A DNA stretch of 64,000 nt from Auanema rhodensis. Lineage: Eukaryota; Animalia; Nematoda. Shown here in pieces: positions 54,801 to 64,000 of the stretch. The notes beneath the pieces are model-generated. The model searched no databases, was not told the DNA's origin, and was given only the letters and a program-made list of their open reading frames with translations. The position numbers were made by a program, and so were the translations under genes. Each line of letters starts with the position of its first letter. The stretch's first letter is position 1. The stretch lies in NCBI GenBank assembly GCA_964057225.1, contig OZ059900.1:13268001-13332000 (forward strand). The letters run 5' to 3'.

Positions 54801-57800
54801 GTCTTTTACATTATAGTTTGACCGGATAAAGCTTTGTATAGCTTTGTATAGCTTTGTACACTGATCACATATACGGCGATAGGCTAGAACAGTTCATAAG
54901 TTTCCTGAATAGATTTGGTTTAATTACCCAAGTTAGAGGTAGTATCTCAATCTAACCAGAGAACTTCTGAGTTGGAAATACATTTTGGAAAGCACACCAT
55001 GAGTGTGCAATATTAAAAACTGTCTGTCTTAGTATGATTATATGACACTATAGATGCCAAAGCAAAACAAATTTGAATATGAACATGACGCGTCTTTTAC
55101 ATTATAGTTTGACCGGATAAAGCTTTGTATAGCTTTGTATAGCTTTGTACACTGATCACATATACGGCGATAGGCTAGAACAGTTCATAAGTTTCCTGAA
55201 TAGATTTGGTTTAATTACCCAAGTTAGAGGTAGTATCTCAATCTAACCAGAGAACTTCTGAGTTGGAAATACATTTTGGAAAGCACACCATGAGTGTGCA
55301 ATATTGAAAACTGTCTGTCTTAGTATGATTATATGACACTATAGATGCCAAAGCAAAACAAATTTGAATATGAACATGACGCGTCTTTTACATTATAGTT
55401 TGACCGGATAAAGCTTTGTATAGCTTTGGATAGCTTTGTACACTGATCACATATACGGCGATAGGCTAGAACAGTTCATAAGTTTCCTGGATAGATTTGG
55501 TTTAATTACCCAAGTTAGAGGTAGTATCTCAATCTAACCAGAGAACTTCTGAGTTGGAAATACATTTTGGAAAGCACACCATGAGTGTGCAATATTGAAA
55601 ACTGTCTGTCTTAGTATGATTATATGACACTATAGATGCCAAAACAAAACAAATTTGAATATGAACACGACGCGTCTTTTACATTGTAGTTTGACCGGAT
55701 AAAGCTTTGTATAGCTTTGTACACTGATCACATATACGGCGATAGGCTAGAACAGTTCATAAGTTTCCTGGATAGATTTGGTTTAATTACCCAAGTTAGA
55801 GGTAGTATCTCAATCTAACCAGAGAACTTCTGAGTTGGAAATACATTTTGGAAAGCACACCATGAGTGTGCAATATTGAAAACTGTCTGTCTTAGTATGA
55901 TTATATGACACTATAGATGCCAAAGCAATATAAATTTGAATATGAACATGACGCGTCTTTTACATTATAGTTTGACCGGATAAAGCTTTGTATAGCTTTG
56001 TATAGCTTTGTACACTGATCACATATACGGCGATAGGCTAGAACAGTTTATAAGTTTCCTGAATAGATTTGGTTTAATTACCCAAGTTAGAGGTAGTATC
56101 TCAATCTAACCAGAGAACTTCTGAGTTGGAAATACATTTTGGAAAGCACACCACGAGTGTGCAATATTGAAAACTGTCTGTCTTAGTATGATTATATGAC
56201 ACTATAAATGCCAAAGCAAAACAAATTTGAATATGAACATGACGCGTCTTTTACATTATAGTTTGACCGGATAAAGCTTTGTATAGCTTTGTATAGCTTT
56301 GTACACTGATCACATATACGGCGATAGGCTAGAACAGTTCATAAGTTTCCTGGATAGATTTGGTTTAATTACCCAAGTTAGAGGTAGTATCTCAATCTAA
56401 CCAGAGAACTTCTGAGTTGGAAATACATTTTGGAAAGCACACCATGAGTGTGCAATATTGAAAACTGTCTGTCTTAGTATGATTATATGACACTATAGAT
56501 GCCAAAGCAAAACAAATTTGAATATGAACATGACGCGTCTTTTACATTGTAGTTTGACCGGATAAAGCTTTGTATAGCTTTGTACACTGATCACATATAC
56601 GGCGATAGGCTAGAACAGTTCATAAGTTTCCTGGATAGATTTGGTTTAATTACCCAAGTTAGAGGTAGTATCTCAATCTAACCAGAGAACTTCTGAGTTG
56701 GAAATACATTTTGGAAAGCACACCATGAGTGTGCAATATTGAAAACTGTCTGTCTTAGTATGATTATATGACACTATAGATGCCAAAGCAAAACAAATTT
56801 GAATATGAACATGACGCGTCTTTTACATTATAGTTTGACCGGATAAAGCTTTGTATAGCTTTGTATAGCTTTGTACACTGATCACATATACGGCGATAGG
56901 CTAGAACAGTTTATAAGTTTCCTGAATAGATTTGGTTTAATTACCCAAGTTAGAGGTAGTATCTCAATCTAACCAGAGAACTTCTGAGTTGGAAATACAT
57001 TTTGGAAAGCACACCATGAGTGTGCAATATTGAAAACTGTCTGTCTTAGTATGATTATATGACACTATAGATGCCAAAGCAATATAAATTTGAATATGAA
57101 CATGACGCGTCTTTTACATTATAGTTTGACCGGATAAAGCTTTGTATAGCTTTGTATAGCTTTGTACACTGATCACATATACGGCGATAGGCTAGAACAG
57201 TTTATAAGTTTCCTGAATAGATTTGGTTTAATTACCCAAGTTAGAGGTAGTATCTCAATCTAACCAGAGAACTTCTGAGTTGGAAATACATTTTGGAAAG
57301 CACACCACGAGTGTGCAATATTGAAAACTGTCTGTCTTAGTATGATTATATGACACTATAAATGCCAAAGCAAAACAAATTTGAATATGAACATGACGCG
57401 TCTTTTACATTATAGTTTGACCGGATAAAGCTTTGTATAGCTTTGTATAGCTTTGTACACTGATCACATATACGGCGATAGGCTAGAACAGTTCATAAGT
57501 TTCCTGGATAGATTTGGTTTAATTACCCAAGTTAGAGGTAGTATCTCAATCTAACCAGAGAACTTCTGAGTTGGAAATACATTTTGGAAAGCACACCATG
57601 AGTGTGCAATATTGAAAACTGTCTGTCTTAGTATGATTATATGACACTATAGATGCCAAAGCAAAACAAATTTGAATATGAACATGACGCGTCTTTTACA
57701 TTATAGTTTGACCTGATAAAGCTTTGGATAGCTTTGTACACTGATCACATATACGGCGAGAGGCTAGAACAGTTCATAAGTTTCCTGGATAGATTTGGTT

Positions 57801-58060
57801 TAATTACCCAAGTTAGAGGTAGTATCTCAATCTAACCAGAGAACTTCTGAGTTGGAAATACATTTTGGAAAGCACACCATGAGTGTGCAATATTGAAAAC
57901 TGTCTGTCTTAGTATGATTATATGACACTATAGATGCCAAAGCAAAACAAATTTGAATATGAACATGACGCGTCTTTTACATTATAGTTTGACCGGATAA
58001 AGCTTTGTATAGCTTTGTATAGCTTTGTACACTGATCACATATACGGCGAGAGGCTAGAA
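51862..58060 (+). repeat. 11-monomer higher-order repeat (3171 bp, 8L+3S), about two tandem copies
   Basis: The private AAAACAAAAC/AACACGAC unit occurs at 52444 and 55615 (offset 3171). GCAATATAA, CTATAAAT and TTGGATAG markers repeat in register. Confidence 0.9.
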
Positions 58061-61000
58061 CAGTTTATAAGTTTCCTGAATAGATTTGGTTTAATTACCC
58101 AAGTTAGAGGTAGTATCTCAATCTAACCAGAGAACTTCTGAGTTGGAAATAAATTTTGGAAAGCACACCATGAGTGTGCAATATTGAAAACTGTCTGTCT
58201 TAGTATGATTATATGACACTATAGATGCCAAAGCAAAACAAATTTGAATATGAACATGACGCGTCTTTTACATTATAGTTTGACCGGATAAAGCTTTGTA
58301 TAGCTTTGTATAGCTTTGTACACTGATCACAGATACGGCGATAGGCTAGAACAGTTCATAAGTTTACTGAATAGATATGGTTTAATTACCCAAGTTAGAG
58401 GTAGTATCTCAATCTAACCAGAGAACTTCTGAGTTGGAAATACATTTTGGAAAGCACACCATGAGTGTGCAATATTGAAAACTGTCTGTCTTAGTATGAT
58501 TATATGACACTATAGATGCCAAAGCAAAACAAATTTGAATATGAACATGACGCGTCTTTTACATTATAGTTTGACCGGATAAAGCTTTGTATAGCTTTGT
58601 ATAGCTTTGTACACTGATCACATATACGGCGATAGGCTAGAACAGTTCATAAGTTTACTGAATAGATATGGTTTAATTACCCAAGTTAGAGGTAGTATCT
58701 CAATCTAACCAGAGAACTTCTGAGTTGGAAATACATTTTGGAAAGCACACCATGAGTGTGCAATATTGAAAACTGTCTGTCTTAGTATGATTATATGACA
58801 CTATAGATGCCAAAGAAAAACAAATTTGAATATGAACATGACGCGTCTTTTACATTATAGTTAGACCGGATAAAGCTTTGTGTAGCTTTGTACACTGATC
58901 ACATATACGGCGATAGGCTAGAACAGTTCATAAGTTTCCTGGATAGATTTGGTTTAATTACCCAAGTTAGAGGTAGTATCTCAATCTAACCAGAGATCTT
59001 CTGAGTCGGAAATACATTTTGGAAACCACACCATGAGTGTGCAATATTGGAAACTGTCTGTCTTAGTATGATTATATGACACTATAGATGCCAAAGCAAA
59101 ACAAATTTGAATATGAACATGACGCGTCTTTTACATTATTGTTTGACCGGATAAAGCTTTGTATAGCTTTGTATAGCTTTGTACACTGATCACATATACG
59201 GCGATAGGCTAGAACAGTTCATAAGTTTCCTGGATAGATTTGGTTTAATTACCCAAGTTAGAGGTAGTATCTCAATCTAACCAGAGAACTTCTGAGTTGG
59301 AAATACATTTTGGAAAGCACACCATGAGTGTGCAATATTGAAAACTGTCTGTCTTAGTATGATTATATGACACTATAGATGCCAAAGCAAAACAAATTTG
59401 AATATGAACATGACGCGTCTTTTACATTATAGTTTGACCGGATAAAGCTTTGTATAGCTTTGTATAGCTTTGTACACTGATCACATATACGGCGATAGGC
59501 TAGAACAGTTTATAAGTTTCCTGAATAGATTTGGTTTAATTACCCAAGTTAGAGGTAGTATCTCAATCTAACCAGAGAACTTCTGAGTTGGAAATACATT
59601 TTGGAAAGCACACCATGAGTGTGCAATATTAAAAACTGTCTGTCTTAGTATGATTATATGACACTATAGATGCCAAAGCAAAACAAATTTGAATATGAAC
59701 ATGACGCGTCTTTTACATTATAGTTTGACCTGATAAAGCTTTGGATAGCTTTGTACACTGATCACATATACGGCGAGAGGCTAGAACAGTTCATAAGTTT
59801 CCTGGATAGATTTGGTTTAATTACCCAAGTTAGAGGTAGTATCTCAATCTAACCAGAGAACTTCTGAGTTGGAAATACATTTTGGAAAGCACACCATGAG
59901 TGTGCAATATTGAAAACTGTCTGTCTTAGTATGATTATATGACACTATAGATGCCAAAGCAAAACAAATTTGAATATGAACATGACGCGTCTTTTACATT
60001 ATAGTTTGACCGGATAAAGCTTTGTATAGCTTTGTATAGCTTTGTACACTGATCACAGATACGGCGATAGGCTAGAACAGTTCATAAGTTTACTGAATAG
60101 ATATGGTTTAATTACCCAAGTTAGAGGTAGTATCTCAATCTAACCAGAGAACTTCTGAGTTGGAAATACATTTTGGAAAGCACACCATGAGTGTGCAATA
60201 TTGAAAACTGTCTGTCTTAGTATGATTATATGACACTATAGATGCCAAAGCAAAACAAATTTGAATATGAACATGACGCGTCTTTTACATTATAGTTTGA
60301 CCGGATAAAGCTTTGTATAGCTTTGTATAGCTTTGTACACTGATCACATATACGGCGATAGGCTAGAACAGTTCATAAGTTTACTGAATAGATATGGTTT
60401 AATTACCCAAGTTAGAGGTAGTATCTCAATCTAACCAGAGAACTTCTGAGTTGGAAATACATTTTGGAAAGCACACCATGAGTGTGCAATATTGAAAACT
60501 GTCTGTCTTAGTATGATTATATGACACTATAGATGCCAAAGCAAAACAAATTTGAATATGAACATGACGCGTCTTTTACATTATAGTTTGACCGGATAAA
60601 GCTTTGTATAGCTTTGTATAGCTTTGTACACTGATCACATATACGGCGAGAGGCTAGAACAGTTTATAAGTTTCCTGAATAGATTTGGTTTAATTACCCA
60701 AGTTAGATGTAGTATCTCAATCTAACCAGAGATCTTCTGAGTCGGAAATACATTTTGGAAACCACACCATGAGTGTGCAATATTGGAAACTGTCTGTCTT
60801 AGTATGATTATATGACACTATAGATGCCAAAGCAAAACAAATTTGAATATGAACATGACGCGTCTTTTACATTATAGTTTGACCGGATAAAGCTTTGTAT
60901 AGCTTTGTATAGCTTTGTACACTGATCACATATACGGCGATAGGCTAGAACAGTTCATAAGTTTCCTGGATAGATTTGGTTTAATTACCCAAGTTAGAGG

Positions 61001-61384
61001 TAGTATCTCAATCTAACCAGAGAACTTCTGAGTTGGAAATACATTTTGGAAAGCACACCATGAGTGTGCAATATTAAAAACTGTCTGTCTTAGTATGATT
61101 ATATGACACTATAGATGCCAAAGCAAAACAAATTTGAATATGAACATGACGCGTCTTTTACATTATAATTTGACGGGATAAAGCTTTGTATAGCTTTGTA
61201 TAGCTTTGTACACTGATCACATATACGGCGATAGGCTAGAACAGTTTATAAGTTTCCTGAATAGATTTGGTTTAATTACCCAAGTTAGAGGTAGTATCTC
61301 AATCTAACCAGAGAACTTCTGAGTTGGAAATACATTTTGGAAAGCACACCACGAGTGTGCAATATTGAAAACTGTCTGTCTTAG

Positions 61385-63973
61385 TATGATTATATGACAC
61401 TATAGATGCCAAAGCAATATAAATTTGAATATGAACATGACGCGTCTTTTACATTATAGTTTGACCGGATAAAGCTTTGTATAGCTTTGTATAGCTTTGT
61501 ACACTGATCACATATACGGCGATAGGCTAGAACAGTTCATAAGTTTCCTGGATAGATTTGGTTTAATTACCCAAGTTAGAGGTAGTATCTCAATCTAACC
61601 AGAGAACTTCTGAGTTGGAAATACATTTTGGAAAGCACACCATGAGTGTGCAATATTGAAAACTGTCTGTCTTAGTATGATTATATGACACTATAAATGC
61701 CAAAGCAAAACAAATTTGAATATGAACATGACGCGTCTTTTACATTATAGTTTGACCGGATAAAGCTTTGTATAGCTTTGTATAGCTTTGTACACTGATC
61801 ACATATACGGCGATAGGCTAGAACAGTTCATAAGTTTCCTGGATAGATTTGGTTTAATTACCCAAGTTAGAGGTAGTATCTCAATCTAACCAGAGAACTT
61901 CTGAGTTGGAAATACATTTTGGAAAGCACACCATGAGTGTGCAATATTGAAAACTGTCTGTCTTAGTATGATTATATGACACTATAGATGCCAAAGCAAA
62001 ACAAATTTGAATATGAACATGACGCGTCTTTTACATTGTAGTTTGACCGGATAAAGCTTTGTATAGCTTTGTACACTGATCACATATACGGCGATAGGCT
62101 AGAACAGTTCATAAGTTTCCTGGATAGATTTGGTTTAATTACCCAAGTTAGAGGTAGTATCTCAATCTAACCAGAGAACTTCTGAGTTGGAAATACATTT
62201 TGGAAAGCACACCATGAGTGTGCAATATTGAAAACTGTCTGTCTTAGTATGATTATATGACACTATAGATACCAAAGCAATATAAATTTGAATATGAACA
62301 TGACGCGTCTTTTACATTATAGTTTGACCGGATAAAGCTTTGTATAGCTTTGTATAGCTTTGTACACTGATCACATATACGGCGATAGGCTAGAACAGTT
62401 CATAAGTTTCCTGGATAGATTTGGTTTAATTACCCAAGTTAGAGGTAGTATCTCAATCTAACCAGAGAACTTCTGAGTTGGAAATACATTTTGGAAAGCA
62501 CACCATGAGTGTGCAATATTGAAAACTGTCTGTCTTAGTATGATTATATGACACTATAAATGCCAAAGCAAAACAAATTTGAATATGAACATGACGCGTC
62601 TTTTACATTATAGTTTGACCGGATAAAGCTTTGTATAGCTTTGTATAGCTTTGTACACTGATCACATATACGGCGATAGGCTAGAACAGTTCATAAGTTT
62701 CCTGGATAGATTTGGTTTAATTACCCAAGTTAGAGGTAGTATCTCAATCTAACCAGAGAACTTCTGAGTTGGAAATACATTTTGGAAAGCACACCATGAG
62801 TGTGCAATATTGAAAACTGTCTGTCTTAGTATGATTATATGACACTATAGATGCCAAAGCAAAACAAATTTGAATATGAACATGACGCGTCTTTTACATT
62901 ATAGTTTGACCGGATAAAGCTTTGTATAGCTTTGTACACTGATCACATATACGGCGATAGGCTAGAACAGTTCATAAGTTTCCTGGATAGATTTGGTTTA
63001 ATTACCCAAGTTAGAGGTAGTATCTCAATCTAACCAGAGAACTTCTGAGTTGGAAATACATTTTGGAAAGCACACCATGAGTGTGCAATATTGAAAACTG
63101 TCTGTCTTAGTATGATTATATGACACTATAGATGCCAAAGCAATATAAATTTGAATATGAACATGACGCGTCTTTTACATTATAGTTTGACCGGATAAAG
63201 CTTTGTATAGCTTTGTATAGCTTTGTACACTGATCACATATACGGCGATAGGCTAGAACAGTTCATAAGTTTCCTGAATAGATTTGGTTTAATTACCCAA
63301 GTTAGAGGTAGTATCTCAATCTAACCAGAGAACTTCTGAGTTGGAAATACATTTTGGAAAGCACACCATGAGTGTGCAATATTGAAAACTGTCTGTCTTA
63401 GTATGATTATATGACACTATAGATGCCAAAGCAAAACAAATTTGAATATGAACATGACGCGTCTTTTACATTATAGTTTGACCGGATAAAGCTTTGTATA
63501 GCTTTGTATAGCTTTGTACACTGATCACATATACGGCGATAGGCTAGAACAGTTCATAAGTTTCCTGAATAGATTTGGTTTAATTACCCAAGTTAGAGGT
63601 AGTATCTCAATCTAACCAGAGAACTTCTGAGTTGGAAATACATTTTGGAAAGCACACCATGAGTGTGCAATATTGAAAACTGTCTGTCTTAGTATGATTA
63701 TATGACACTATAGATGCCAAAGCAATATAAATTTGAATATGAACATGACGCGTCTTTTACATTATAGTTTGACCGGATAAAGCTTTGTATAGCTTTGTAC
63801 ACTGATCACATATACGGCGATAGGCTAGAACAGTTCATAAGTTTCCTGGATAGATTTGGTTTAATTACCCAAGTTAGAGGTAGTATCTCAATCTAACCAG
63901 AGAACTTCTGAGTTGGAAATACATTTTGGAAAGCACACCATGAGTGTGCAATATTGAAAACTGTCTGTCTTAG
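61385..63973 (+). repeat. Three L-L-S trimers (863 bp each) led by GCAATATAA-marked units
   Basis: Trimer starts at 61385, 62248 and 63111. Confidence 0.75.
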
Positions 63974-64000
63974 TATGATTATATGACACTATAGATGCCA

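Larger units (their letters stand above)
1..64000. repeat. Tandem satellite DNA array, 291/281-bp monomer, 222 complete units plus a partial unit, single orientation; probable centromeric/pericentromeric satellite
   Basis: TATGATTATATGACACTATAGATGCC recurs at 1, 292, 583, 874 ... 63693, 63974 with spacing of 291 or 281 bp (one exception of 402 bp). Units differ by only a few substitutions. Unit 1 has 98 G+C in 291 bp. The repeat is seen directly; the centromeric assignment is inferred from architecture only. Confidence 0.99.

Noticed and set aside
1-64000. CRISPR array or repeat-spacer system
   Set aside because: There are no unique spacers, the entire unit is repeated, and there are no cas or other genes.
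1-64000. Rolling-circle or sequencing concatemer artefact
   Set aside because: Variants recur in linked, ordered blocks at kilobase offsets rather than as random errors on a single template.

Overview
The whole 64 kb window is one uninterrupted, head-to-tail, AT-rich (about 34-35% GC) satellite DNA array in a single orientation, and it runs off both ends. I see no genes, RNA genes, transposons or CRISPR array. Taking TATGATTATATGACAC as unit start, I read 222 complete units plus a 27-bp partial unit at 63974. Of these, 148 are long (L, 291 bp) and 74 are short (S, 281 bp). They differ only by 3 vs 2 copies of an internal 10-bp sub-repeat (AGCTTTGTAT/AC). The lengths add up exactly (148x291 + 74x281 + 111 = 63973), so the only other length change is one out-of-register junction at 5728/5729. 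Diagnostic substitutions show a layered structure: a distinct left haplotype domain (1-8751), a degenerate 12-unit higher-order repeat (13.9-27.4 kb), a run of 22 L units containing an 11-unit-offset duplication, two different 2007-bp 7-mers, a 3171-bp 11-mer and recurrent L-L-S trimers. This architecture is typical of a eukaryotic centromeric or pericentromeric satellite under recent concerted evolution. Species and centromere function cannot be determined from the sequence. The single listed ORF is a chance product of one substitution. All counts were made by eye.
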